Source: Catajapyx aquilonaris
Taxonomy: Eukaryota
Direction of reading: 5' to 3'
NCBI GenBank assembly: GCA_000934665.2
Contig: JYFJ02001410.1
Coordinates: forward strand, 1 to 64,000
DNA: 64,000 bases
Both the position numbers and the translations under genes were made by a program. Positions 12,934 through 27,532 of the stretch are shown here, one piece after another. The stretch's first letter is position 1. Each line of letters begins with the position of its first letter. The notes under the pieces are model-generated. The model saw only the letters and a program-made list of their open reading frames with translations. It was not told the DNA's origin and did not search any database.

Positions 12934-14163
12934 TCAACAGGAACATAACTGGGACTTTGGTAATCTGCGCTTCCACAGGCGAACAGAATCATCCTCCTCG
13001 TCACCCGCGAATGACTGCATCCCGTTCTGCTTCATCATGACGTCCACCAGAAACCTGAAAACAACATCATGTCATGAATTCTTCCAACACAACTTCCACT
13101 TGTTTGCACATACTTCATGGAATCATGGACCATGAGACCTTCCTTAGCCGAAGTTTCAGTCCAGCCAAGGAAGTTGTGCTCCTTGTAAAACTGTTCGATA
13201 TCCGACTGCTCTACATCTCTGTGGAGCAGGTCGCACTGGAAAATAACAACCACATTACAAATTATTCTGAATATTCTGACACACCAGTTGCATTTAACAA
13301 TCTTGTTGTGTAAGTCGTCTTAGCAAAAATGCTCCATCGTCAGTAATTTACCTTATTAGCCAGAAGCATACAAGGAATAAGGTTTCCATCTGGCATGATA
13401 CACTTGGAGTCCACATCCCGCTTCCACTTCAGACAATTCAGGAACGTATTCCGGTTGGTCAGATCGAACATTATGACACATCCATGTGCATCTTTGTAAT
13501 ACACACGTGTCATCCATGTAAACCGCTCTTGCCCTGTACAATACACACGAAAATTGATGATAATTAATAGTCAATTATTAGTGTGCAACATTTGGTTTAA
13601 CCAAAGGGTTAGTCACTTGATCCTACAGCGTACGACAGACTTCATGAACTCTGTCCGGACTGCCGTCGGACTTCATGAACTTCCTCTGGACTTCAAGGAC
13701 TTCAGTCTCGGTGTACAAAGGACTTCAAGTGACTGACCCCTCGGGTTTAACGGTAATGAGAACAACATTACCGGCAATATCCCAAAGCTGAAGCTTGACG
13801 GTCTGATTCTCACTCCACTTAAGTATCTTGAGAGCAAAGTCAACCCCGACTGTCCCCTTGTAGTCTCTCTTGAAGGTGTCCTGCACGTACCGCTGCACAA
13901 ACGAGGTCTTGCCCACGGTTGGGTCCCCAATAATGATCACCTTGAAGAGCTTCTCTGTCATGTTTGCTGCATCCCCTGTACAAAAATGACATCACTTCAT
14001 CAATCTCCGGATGTGTTAAGAAGATTTCCCAACACCTAATCCTCTTTTAGATTATTCTCTTGTTTTTTTTTTTGCTCTCTTCCATTTTATGAAGCATACC
14101 AGTCGGATGCAGCTTTGGTATGGTGCCCTGGGGACTGGGCGGGTTGTACATGGTCGCGCTCAT
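12934..14163 (-). CDS. Rab GTPase of the Rab32/38/29 subfamily (RabX1/RAB29-Rab7L1-like)
   Basis: Exons 14163-14100 (MSATMYNPPSPQGTIPKLHPT), 13975-13772, 13533-13352, 13235-13114, 13054-12934. P-loop GDPTVGKTS, the subfamily signature WDIAGQE (followed by RFTWMTRVYY), NKCD, ETSAK and a C-terminal CXC prenylation motif (LCSC*). The first exon is inferred from a phase-1 match. Confidence 0.93.
13594..13750. repeat. Intronic inverted repeat enclosing GACTTCA repeats
   Basis: AGGGTTAGTCACTTGA (13605-13620) pairs with TCAAGTGACTGACCCC (13725-13740) at 14/16. GACTTCA occurs at 13638, 13669, 13689, 13698 and 13721. Confidence 0.7.
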
Positions 14164-14779
14164 CTCCTCGGGGATGCTCCTCGGGGATGCTGCCTTTTTC
14201 TCTTGATCTCAAAGCATTTTTACATCTCTATTACAGCCCCATTTACATTTTCTGTTCCAGAGATCAGATGTTGGACGCCATGTTGCACTGCGCATTAACA
14301 ATTTTAGCAGAAATTATTAACAAATTGCAATTTTAACATCGCAAAAATTTGCATTAATTTCTGTGCAAAAATCGTTGGTATGTAATTAGCGGGGTTTTAA
14401 ATTGTCATTGCGTAATTAGAGTGGGCATGACGTCAACATAATTATCATTACACCCCAGTTTGCAATATAGGCTATAATTTTGCACAAATTATTGCAACTA
14501 ATGTGCATATGATAATACTGCCTGTCCTGACGCGAATATGTGCTAAAATCAATATTTGCAACACCCGAGAGTGGCGCTAGTTGTGCCACTCTAGTTGTGC
14601 AAATCGTTGTTCCGTCATCTGCTGGGAAGGGTTGCGAAAAAAAAGAAAGAAAAAAAAAACCAAGGAAAAATAGGACAAGACGTAATCTTGAAGCAACAAC
14701 GCAATTGTTAAGTGCTCTGTACTCGACGATGTGCTGTCAGAATCTGAAGCCGTGAATTCAGTACAAGGCTGGACAAGAG

Positions 14780-16627
14780 ATGGACAACTACGACCTGTTC
14801 CTGAGCTGCAGGAGAGGAGATCTCTCTAGGGTCAAGTGAGTTGGAATCTGCAATTATTGTCAGTTTGTTCTGATAAATAATTATTATTGTCATTTAAATT
14901 GTAGGTACTTGGTGGAGCAAAAGGAGGTGGACACTAATGTACGTGACAAGTGGGACAGTACGCCGTTGTATTACGCTTGTCTGTGCGGACACATCGAGGT
15001 GGTGCAGTACCTCTTGGCAAATGGGGCCAGGTGCGAGGCCAACACTTTTGATGGGGAACGTTGCTTGTACGGAGCTTTGAACAACGATATACGGAAGCTC
15101 CTGCTTAACTACAAGATCATCACGACGCAGACTATGCGCCGAGACGTCTTCGAGGAATTCCTCAGAAGGTAATTTTATTATTTAGCATACATATCAGCAA
15201 GATATCAGCAATGTATACATTAATTATTGATCCCGTTTGCAGACTTTTGATGTGTGGCGAATACAGCGATGCAACTTTCATAGTTCATGGCGAGACGTTC
15301 CAGGTCCACAAGTGCATCTTGTCCGCTCGGTGCGATTATTTTTGTGACCTGTTCCAGACCAAGTGGAAGGAGCGCCATGACATTCACATCACCAATAATT
15401 TGGTGCGTCCCTCCATCTTTCGTGCTGTTATCCAGTATTTGTACACTGGGCGCACTGAAATACATATGGATGCTGTGGAGGACCTGATCCGTTTAGCCGT
15501 CCAGTGCAAGCTCCTCTACCTGAAGCAGCAGTTAGAGGAGATGGTCAAGAAGATCACCTCTTTCGAGTGCACCAAACCAGGCACGAATGTCACCACCTTG
15601 CTGATTGAGTCGCCTGAATCGCTCTCAGAAGTGCAGCAGGATTTTGGAGTGATGGCTGAGCAGGCGATGCCAGTTGAACTGTGCAACTGGGTGGTGGGAT
15701 CAGAGCTTCCACTCATGCCGAGTGTGCCGCCCTGCTTTGTGGATCTGTGTGTGTCCGTGGAAGGTCTGCGGTTCTTGTGTCACAAGGTGTTTCTCTGTGG
15801 TAGAAGTGAATACTTCAAGGCTCTGGTTCAGGACCATTTCTGTGAATGCTCCATGGATGACAGTCTACCTGTCATCACGCTTCATAATGTGAAGGCGTTG
15901 GTCTTCAGCCGCATCCTTTGCTTCTGCTACACCAACACGGCACAGGTGATTTAACTAGTAATAGAGTAGGCAATGGCAAAGGTGCATGAATTGTTATTGC
16001 TCATAATTATGATCAAACTTGAATGACGTATTGTAAGATGTGAATTGTTGTATTCAATCATCATATTTTCATGAACTGAATTAATGCTTTCATGCAGTAA
16101 TTTAAGAGAACTCGTGTTGATGCAATTGTAATAAGTTTTCTTTTATAACAGCTGACAGAAGACATTGCGTATGATGTTCTGTGCGCTGCGGATATGTACT
16201 TGCTGACTGGTCTGAAGCGGCTATGTGGAAACTACCTAGGGGAGAGGTTGGACCTGGATTGCGTAGTGTGGATGCTCAGAACTGCCAGGCTGTTTGAGCT
16301 GGCCCGACTAGAGGATCAATGCACGGAATTCATTGCGAAGCACATTGAAAAAGTACAACAGAATTTAGAAAGCTATGCTGCAAATATTGTGCTGGATTTG
16401 ACTGATTTTGTGCTTTCTAGGTAGTGGAGATGGATGAGTTCCGAGAACTGGTGCTGGAAGATGTGAAGGACGTGCGGGAAAGGCAGGAGACAGACACCAT
16501 CCCAGTGGTAGATGACGTCCGTTACCACATTACCTGCGGCGTGCAGACCTTCAGTGAGATGAGTGATGCTAACGACAAGCTGGCTGCCATGGATGCCATG
16601 CTGGAGGAGATGGGGCTGGACGCCTGA
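14780..16627 (+). CDS. ABTB1: Ankyrin repeat and BTB/POZ domain-containing protein 1
   Basis: Exons 14780-14835, 14905-15168, 15243-15945, 16152-16352, 16421-16627. Ankyrin region ([35 protein letters not shown]), two BTB domains ([28 protein letters not shown]) and C-terminal [16 protein letters not shown]. Confidence 0.96.
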
Positions 16628-18704
16628 GTGTGGGGTCCGAAGATGTAAGTCGGTTGCTGGAACAAACCTGATCAGACATCTGTTTATTTGTCATGGCTCC
16701 AAAAAAGATTTGCAGTACTGCCATGTTTGATTCCAAGTTTATTAAAGTGCAGAAGGGTTTATGTAGTCATGAACATTGGTGATTTAAGTAGTGTGGAGAG
16801 GGTGGCATTGTTGGAACTCCTGCTTTGTGATGTGTTAGACAGCAGGCTGTGTGGCTTCAATGCAAAATAATTTGCACACTTTTTGCACATTGTGGAGGTG
16901 AAAAATGGCGTGCCTTGAATAATGCACAAGAGTATCACTGGTATTTGTGCAATCCATGTGCATGCACCATTGATTATTGGATTCCGTCAATGTTTTTTAA
17001 AAAAAACTACTGCTTAAAGTACTGTATATCACTGTTATACACAACACACATACGAACTGACCAATTAGCTCACATGCATTATAAAGCACTTTCTTACCGG
17101 ATAATATTGTTATTGCATTCTCATGGTATTGCACAAACAGTAATAACAAAGAGGGAATAAAAGTCCCCCTCATGGTAATTGATATGCCACCTAGTTGTTC
17201 ACAAGAAGCTTGCTACAAGCGAGTTGTTTCTAGCATGCAAGTTGTAATATTCTTGTTTGCAATAATGAGCTGTAGCCATGTTTTTGCTCCAGTGAATATG
17301 ACTGTCCAAAAGTTTTCATATTTCGCACTTCTGTAGAAAGAACAAATTCTGCACATTTCAATTGTGTACTGTACATATATTCCAGTTGTTGACATGAGAT
17401 GTTAACTGTTTCGGAACTTACACCAGTTATATTGAAGCCCTAAAGCATTGTCCACAAGGATTGCTACAGGCATAATGTAATATTTATGAAACCATTGGGA
17501 ATTATTATTTTTTGTGTTATTGTGTAAATATTGCGTTGGTTTTAGAGTAAATATGATCGTTTCACAAGACACGAGGAATTATTTTTACCCACGACCTGTG
17601 CAAGTGAATTATTTTTGTAAAGTTTATTTATCCAGGAGTTTCATACAAAAGCATATTTTATTACAATTACATTTTAAAAAAAAAGGCAATTTGAAAATAT
17701 GGTTCCAGTTTATAGAGACAGGATTCGTCAAGATTTAAGCAGGACGGTATTGTTTCAGCATGATCCCATTTTTTCTTCTTCAATCATTACAAATACAGTA
17801 ATATCCATGCTCTTTGACCCACATACTTGGTTTACAACAACTCTTTGGCAGCACTTAAATGCCAGATCTAAAAATCAGAAAAATACATCTTAGGAGTCAT
17901 CATAGGAAACATTGGAGCCATTCACACGGGACGCGAAAATCTTGGCCCTGCCTGGACTTTCCGAGGTATGATCATGGCATGCTAATATTTTTCTATATCA
18001 CGATGCAAAACTGAGTCAATTTGTGAAGCCCACAATTGTTTCACAATAATTAAAAGAGTTTAGTTGACAAGCTCTTGTAATCTCACAAAATGATTGTGGT
18101 AGGATGGGGCATGAGGATGCAAGACTTAAATACTGGAACAATCGAATTAACTTTACGAACGAGTCATGCATGCAGTCAGCCCATAATTGTCATGCTGACT
18201 TCAGCCTGGTAAAGAGTATTAAGGTGATCACGCCAGCTAATACAAAAATTTTTTTATGGCATGGCCAATATTTCTACCCTGAGCGATGGTTCCTCCCACT
18301 GATTCGATACTCTTGGAAGCCCATTAATGTGCAAGTCAATATAAAAACCAACTTTTATCACTAATTTCTCTCCCGCTTGACATAAGTACTGGTAAAAAAT
18401 AATTGCGGGTTGTGAAAAAAAATGGTCCCACTGTCATCACAGTCACCGTCAACGCTGCTGCTCATTTACACCATGCAGTTGAACTATTGGTCCATTGGCA
18501 CAAATTGGTTAAAAATTCTCTTTAAAAAATCATTCCTTTGTACATGGAAAAATTAGGGACATGCACTTTGAAGCATACATACAAAAAGTACAAATCTCTC
18601 GCCTTCCTTGTGACCTGCAGCTGTTACACAGCTCGTAAAATATTTAAAAAAGAGTCCAATCTAATCTCAACAAACAAGCAATAAACAAACAATGACAGGC
18701 ACGT

Positions 18705-20810
<2,106 letters not shown>

Positions 20811-22588
20811 CTCTCTCTCACTCTGGTCTTCTTCTTTGCCCTGTGTGTGTGTGACACTTGTTGATCAGTCCCCCAGTGAAGATGGAGATGAAGGAAACTC
20901 TTGCCGCGCCCACCGGACGCCGCCCGTTTGGTGCGGTGTTGCGGGGTGTGCAGGAGAGACGGGGGGAAGGAAAATGCTGATGCTGGGGTATGGGAAAGGC
21001 CGGGCCGGGCTCTTTTCAATCACTTACCGTGGGGGAGGGATTGGCTTCAACCAACTGACACTCACTAGTGATCACCACTCATCACCAGATCTTCACTAAT
21101 AATAAAAATAGTACAAAAAAAAATACAAAAGCGGTACCCGTTTACACGGGTTAGTCCATGGAAGATGCGATGTTAGAAGGAGCCAATCGGGTTCAGGATG
21201 TTGCCTTAACAAGCCAATGGGAAGCCGGCTGGTGGAGTCGGGCATGCGCGGTTGGTACAGCGACTTTATGGTGTAAACGGGAAGAAACGGTTTGGTGACG
21301 TAACGAGTTTTAATAACGTGCGCGGTTTTTTGAATTCCCAATTTTTTTTTTGCAGCTTCATGTTATCAAGGACGACAAGTGCATTCCAATCGTTACATAC
21401 TGCACAGTACTGACCGTTGACAATGCACTTCTGCCACATGCAAACATAACGCTGACACACTATTGCAGGGGGTAATGTATAAATAAAGAATTAAAAATCA
21501 AAAACTAATTGAACGTCAAGATTGCAGTGGGTCGAAATATTCAGATGCAAGTCAAGTGCAATTTGCACTCCAAAATTATTATCTGTACTAGAGCCCTGGA
21601 GTTCAAAGTTTGCAGTCCAGTTGGCATACCCAGTAATTAAAAATTAAGCACACCAAGTAATTAATTTGCACTCCAGTTTGCACATGGACCAAAATATTCG
21701 ACCTCTTAGATTGGTTATTTTGTTTAGTGCAGCATTCACTTACAAGTTAATAATTAAATCAAAGAAACATTGCATGTAATTATTAGGAAAGGGTAGCTCA
21801 ACAGGAATTTGTCACAAATGAAATTATGTCGTCAGCACAACCTCAATTATAATCAATCTGAATGTATGTACATCGAATATGGTACAGAACAACTCTTTTT
21901 CTTCTTCTTTAGAATAAAAACTACAAAATATCTTTTCATGACAACTGCAGGCAGGATGAATGATCAACATTACACTCAACAAGTGACAGTCTTGTATGAC
22001 CCATGAAACTCTTTCTCAAAAAAAAACAAAAAACGATGTGCCAATGTAATGTCACAAGAACCATGATATCAGATGTAAAAACAAAATTCCACTTTCACTC
22101 TAGACGTTTTCAGTTTTCATGGTGGGTGCATCATATTTTTTATTATTCGTTTTCTCCAAGCAAATGCTTGACTAGCTTGCAAGTTGCATATGATGACTAG
22201 GCGCAGCACTGATGTAACCAGGAGGTGACAATAATTCTTGCAGTTTTAAAAATAATAATAATAATAGAAGGATGAAAATACGGAGCTTGAATGTGTACAG
22301 GCGACAGTTTTTCTTATCACAGTCAAACATTTTGCACGTTCATATGCATTTGTTTGGCACTTAGAGTTCCCCTTGCTGAGTACAAATCAGCATAGGGGTT
22401 AAGTTGCCAGGAAAACATAATATCAGTTATTGCACACTTGGAGCTGCTGATTCATTTGCAACATAAAAGTATTACTTTCTTCAGGCGAGACGGGTTTGTG
22501 GAAATAAATAAATTTAGTGTCAAGGGAGGGGGCAGCTCCATGGAAGAACTAAACCTCAGACAAAAGATGGGTGAATCTCGAAGGGAAA

Positions 22589-23380
22589 CTAGGAACACTG
22601 GGTGTAGGTCGTGACGAGGTTGCCTACTCGTTGAGTCACAGTCCGACAGCTGCGGCCCCCTCCTCCGCTTGCATGAGAGTATGCCGCCTCCTGATGCCCA
22701 CCTCCAAAGTGGGATCCAAAGAAGGAGTCTCCATGACCAAATCCATGAGATTCAAATCCAAAGTTGTTGAAGAATGGTTCTTCCTCCTGCAAAGGATAGA
22801 AATGCGATGAGATATGAAAACAGGCACTGGCGTGTATTACAATAATGTGACTATGTCGCTCTAATAGGGCCTTCAAAAAAAAGGATGTCAATGCAGACTC
22901 GAATGAAATTGCAGTACTCACTTCAGCAAAGAAGTCATCAAAGCTGAAGAAATGCCCTCCCTGCTGTTGTCCAGCAGGCCTTCCGTTGCTGAATGAGTGG
23001 AAGGGGCTTCCTCCAAAGTCATCATCAAACTGCCTGAACAAGTCATCAAAGTTGAACCGGAATGCCTGTCCGCCGCCACCTCCGCTTCCTCCATTCTGGA
23101 AGGCAGCTTCTCCATACTGGTCGTACTTCTTGCGCTTGTCTGGATCGGAAAGGATTTCATAGGCCTGGGCGATCTGTTGAAACTTCTCCTCGGCGCCTTC
23201 CTCCTTGTTCTTGTCTGGATGGTACTTGACTGCTAACTTGCGGAAGGCCTTCTTAATCTCCCGGTCCGAGGCACTGCGTTTGACACCTAGTGTCTCATAG
23301 TAGTCCAAAGCACTAACCAGCTGAAGCAACGCCACACAGCAGAGGCACATTGCCATCACAAGTGCATCAGGGATCCTCAT
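22589..23380 (-). CDS. DNAJB9: ER-lumenal DnaJ/Hsp40 co-chaperone, DNAJB9/ERdj4-like
   Basis: Coding exons 23380-22922 and 22786-22589. Signal peptide, J domain (DYYETLGV...KYHPDKN...AYEILSD), G/F-rich region, and C-terminal [19 protein letters not shown] typical of DNAJB9. The ATG directly follows an acceptor (ccaacag|G ATG), implying a non-coding first exon (donor near 24077). Confidence 0.9.
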   Translation of the reverse strand: MRIPDALVMAMCLCCVALLQLVSALDYYETLGVKRSASDREIKKAFRKLAVKYHPDKNKEEGAEEKFQQIAQAYEILSDPDKRKKYDQYGEAAFQNGGSGGGGGQAFRFNFDDLFRQFDDDFGGSPFHSFSNGRPAGQQQGGHFFSFDDFFAEVSTAISFESALTSFFLKALLERHSHIIVIHASACFHISSHFYPLQEEEPFFNNFGFESHGFGHGDSFFGSHFGGGHQEAAYSHASGGGGRSCRTVTQRVGNLVTTYTQCS

Positions 23381-23437
23381 CCTGTTGGAAGAGAATGCAT
23401 GAGTGTGCTGTGATTGTAACGCCCACCTAAAATTGGA

Positions 23438-23628
23438 TGGTGTTGTGCAATAATGAGTCAACCCACATGAGAACCGCTTTACCTGTGAAAATAATTCAGT
23501 GTTCTTTTTGGTCATTTATGCAGATATCACCAGTGATTTTAACTGAATGAAATACTATCCTTCGGGTGTATGTTCATGGGCTTAACTCTGACTTTTTTGT
23601 GGGTTAACCCATTATTGCATAACACCGT
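23438..23628. mobile_element. Probable MITE (~190 bp) in the DNAJB9 5' intron
   Basis: TGGTGTTGTGCAATAATGAGTCAACCCACA matches the reverse complement of TGTGGGTTAACCCATTATTGCATAACACCG at about 26/30. The interior is non-coding. Confidence 0.6.
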
Positions 23629-24399
23629 TAAATTAACCTGCACTTTGTGCGATGATGCAACCGCCTAGATGGCATTATGCAACCCTAATTATCCCAGGTT
23701 CATATCAGCATCGCACTTTAAAACCTGCTCAAATGCGGCTCACTGCACAAAGCTGAATGACAACTTATGTGATTTAATGACCTTGACTCAATGACAACTG
23801 TTACACTTTCACTTACACTCTTTCTAAACCACCTGATTAAATGTGGAGCAATTTTACTTCGAAACAGGTTCAGAGTCAATTATATGAATGTGCTGAGTTT
23901 ATTAATTAATTATAATTAATCAACATTTGAAACCTTTCATGCCACATCTCACAACATGTTCCATATCAGCTGACTCCTAGGTCAAGCTCCATGCCTGCCA
24001 ATTAATTTCTCCTTGCATCAGAATCACACCAGACTTTGACCCCCCGACCGCAGTTTAAAGGATTCGTAGGGCCCTCACCTGTCCAGCCGGCTGCAGACCA
24101 CCACGCCTTGAAGACAGACTCTGAAGGGTCGAGCTCAATGGAACGCCCTAGATATCCCTGGAAACTGATTGAGAAATCCCGACCTTTCTAATCGGGACAC
24201 ATAGACCAGGGTGGCCAGCTGAAGGTAGTTTTCCTCCTACACTATTCGCTCCATTGCAGGCGATTGCAGGTCTCACACTTGGTTATTAATAAAAATAAGT
24301 ACGTACCCGACTATTGTACATGCTCATAATACTATGTGCCTAATATAGTTGTAAAATATTCGGTGTTAAACATGATTAACGGGCAGTGTGGAGGAGTGT

Positions 24400-24660
24400 G
24401 CGCATCGTCTGGCACCCACTGTAAAGTCATACACGTCCGCGACTCTGATTGGTCGCCAGGGGTACATAAAAAATTCAAAACCAACAGTGTGGTTCGCGCC
24501 CAAACGTTCTGATTGGCTATCAGTGCCGACCTGCACCAACGGACCAATCAGACGCTTTCAATGCGTACAAGTTGTGTAATCACAGTTTGACGATGGATTG
24601 ATAGTCAGTTGATCGATAGTAAACTGTCATTACCACTTTGACGTGACTCGTGGTAAGTTT
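24400..24660. promoter_or_regulatory. Bidirectional promoter between DNAJB9 (-) and Artemis-like copy 1 (+)
   Basis: Head-to-head genes. Three CCAAT boxes (ctgattggt ~24444, ctgattggc ~24510, accaatcag ~24543) and TGACGTGA at 24639-24646. Confidence 0.55.
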
Positions 24661-24730
24661 TGTCTTAAAATTTTACAACAAGGTGAGTCCAAAATGTGAT
24701 TCTTTGCACTGCAGAGACTGGAGCTTCAAC

Positions 24731-26677
24731 ATGAACAACTTCAGGGGAAGGATCCTGTCGCTGGATCTGGTGGCCATCGACAAGTTCACATCACGAGTGC
24801 TGGACTGCACCGCATTCTTCCTCTCTCACAAGCACACAGGTAATTACCCATGTCTACAAGTGATGGGCAGGAAAATTTGCTAATGTTGGTTTTGCAAAAT
24901 TACAGATCACATGGAAGGGTTGAGCTCGGCTGAATTTCATGCGAGGCTCAAGTCAAGCGAGGATATACACCTGTATTGCTCGAAGGTGACTGCGACGTTG
25001 CTGAGGAATGATCCGACCTATTCGCATCTAGGGAGTAAAATCAAGGTTTTGCCGATGCAGAGTTCAGGCATGATTGAAGTGCCGGGGACGGAGAACCTGA
25101 TTCAGGTCACGTTCTTGCCTTCGGGGCATTGTCCCGGATCGGTCATGATACATTTTGAGACGCCGGACAGGAAGACTATACTGTACACTGGTGATTTTAG
25201 ACTTGATGTGTCGGACCTGAAGCGATTGGACATACTACATAAGCCAAATGGGCAGGTTAGACATCTGAGTAGCCTTTATTTGGACACAACATTTTTCACT
25301 CCGACCATGGCTGACCTTCCAACTCGGGAGTATGCAGCAGACAAGATTGTCCAGCTTGCCAAGAACTGGCTTAACGAAGGAGATGACCACGTTGTTTCTT
25401 TACATTGTGCAGGCCACCTTGGCTCAGAGTTTTTATTTGTTGAACTGCACAAGAAGCTTGGAATGAAGGTGCACGTCAGTAGCCAGAGGTATCGGATGTA
25501 TCGTAATGTGCCAGACATAGAGGCACATGTGACCGAAGATCCCGATGCTACCAGAATTCATGCCTGCAAGTTGGAAGTGAGTAGCATAATGGGCCATTAG
25601 TTAATTAATTGTCGCCCTGACTTGGACAACTTACTGTTAAAAAGTGTGTGGCACCAAACATTGGTGTGTCGATAACTCATTAGTCATGCTAGCTGATTAT
25701 ATGTGACATTTTAGTGCAGGTCTCCTAAATGTGCCCGCTTGTTTTTTTCTTTCCAGATGTCTGTCCCATTGCAAGCCAAGCATCACAAAGTGCCTGTATA
25801 CTTACCATGTAATGCGAAGCAATGTTTTAAGGTTTTGGCTATCAGGCCAGTGTCCATGTGGTTCTCTGATTGCGTCACCAAAAAGGTGAGTTCACTTGGT
25901 GTCTCTCGCTGAAGTTTAAATTTTACGTTACTTTTGAAATTCACAGGGAATAACTCACAGTAATGAAGACATGACGTACGTGAGGGTGTGCTACTCGATG
26001 CATGCCTCCTACAATGAAATTCTTGCATTTGCTCAGTACCTTAGGCCAGAACACATTCATCCAATAGTTGTACCCTTGAACGAGAGTGTTGAGCAGGTAA
26101 GACTTTCAATTGAACTGATTGTATGAGATGTGGTTACTAATATTATTTTGCATTGAAGGTTACAGAGCATCTGGAGAGGATTGTCCACCAGTCTGACTCT
26201 CAGGATTCTAGTCAAGAGAGTTCGCAAGAGTTGAATTTCTCACCTGTGCCAAAGAAGAGGAAAGCCATGTTGAGTGCAAAGAAGGACGTTAAGTGGGATT
26301 TCAGTTTCAGCCCATCCCCAGTGAAGTTGAAGAACAGCCAGTCGGACTGCGATGATAATGAAAGTAAAACTCCTAGCCCATGTCGTAATTCTGTTGAGAA
26401 GAAAGTTAATGATGCGGATTTGAAGAAGTTGCCAGTGAAGAAACGCCTTGATTTTTTGTCAAAATGTGATAACAATAATTCTGTTACCAGTGATCCAGTG
26501 TCATCCACACCTGAGAATGACAACAACGCGCCAGCTGAGAGTGGAAATACTAAGGACGGTCCTGAGTTAATTGACCTGACCGAAGAACCTCTAGATGACA
26601 CACCAGACTTGGATGAAATTCTTGGGCTGACAGATAACAACGCAAAACAAGGCGTACCTGTGATTGATATTTCTTGA
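24731..26677 (+). CDS. DCLRE1C: Artemis (DCLRE1C)-like metallo-beta-lactamase/beta-CASP nuclease, copy 1
   Basis: Exons 24731-24839, 24906-25576, 25757-25885, 25947-26096, 26159-26677. The MBL domain starts at the N-terminus (AIDKF...FFLSHKHTDHMEGL), followed by GHCPGSVM, LYTGDFR, LYLDTTF, RIHAC, VCYSMHASYNEI and a long low-complexity tail, which is the Artemis architecture. Confidence 0.88.
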
Positions 26678-26959
26678 CCTGGTGATGTGCAACACTGAGT
26701 TAAAGAAAACAGTCAAATGACTTGTGGTACAAAGACAAATATTTTTAACTCCCAAATATTGTATGAAGAGCTTTTTATTTCAATTAATAACAAATGAATG
26801 TGTTATGTTGATAATAATTATGTAGTGTAATACCTGTTTCATTAACTTGGAGGCTGAGCAAGATGTTGAGTTTGACAACAGTTTTCATGCTGGTAACGTT
26901 TCCCAGAAATGATTGCCAGTAATTTGGTGTCCTTATGTCCCAGGAAGTAGGCCTTCAGT

Positions 26960-27532
26960 GATACTGGGTGTGGGCTCATGAAGGGCAAAATCATAGGCCC
27001 CTATTTTTTCTTGAAGGCCATGGTAACTGGATTAACATGCCTGGACATGTTGCAGCAATATGCTGTGACTCAGCTTGGTACAGGAACAATTTTTCAACAA
27101 ACTGGGGCTACCCCTTCCTTTTGCCTGTGATGTCTGCACATTCTCGGATGACCACTACAGGATGGACTGGGAGATGATCAATCGTTGCTTGCCCCCCACC
27201 AAATGACCAGACCTAATTCCACCCAACTTCTTCCTGTGGGGGTTTGTTAGAGACAGGTGTACACTATGCATGTGCGTAATCTGATAGACTTGAATGACAG
27301 AATTTGCGCTGCGTTGCAATAAAAAACTTGACACCACAAATGCTTCACAACACGAGGCAGACTTCTGGTTGGACATTTGCTGCGCTACTGATGGAGCTCA
27401 TGTTGAAGTGAATTAGACATTCAGATCTGCTCTTTGCACTGGCACACACCTTCTGTCATTACAACTAGTACTTTGTAAGTTATGAATTTTCTTTTATTAG
27501 TTCTAAGCAGAACACATGATGAACACCCTGTA
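26960..27532 (+). mobile_element. Degenerate Tc1/mariner-superfamily transposon, 3' part
   Basis: Frameshifted transposase remnants KIIGPYFF, CLDML, IFQQTGATP (FQQDGAP-like), PDLIPPNFFLWGFVRD (PDLxPxDFFLWG-like) and GAHVE. It ends in GAACACCCTG+TA, a typical TIR end plus TA target site. Confidence 0.85.

Noticed and set aside
13636..13730. GACTTCA repeats as a CRISPR-like array
   Set aside because: The units are only 7-13 nt with irregular spacing, in a eukaryotic intron, with no cas genes.
21528..21705. Possible MITE (GGTCGAA..TATT ends, TTGCACTCCA repeats) between GNAI and DNAJB9
   Set aside because: The inverted match is only ~11 bp with an indel, and there is no clear TSD.
23381..23515. 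45-aa N-terminal extension of the DnaJ ORF
   Set aside because: It lies upstream of a clear splice acceptor, runs into a MITE-like element, and would bury the signal peptide.
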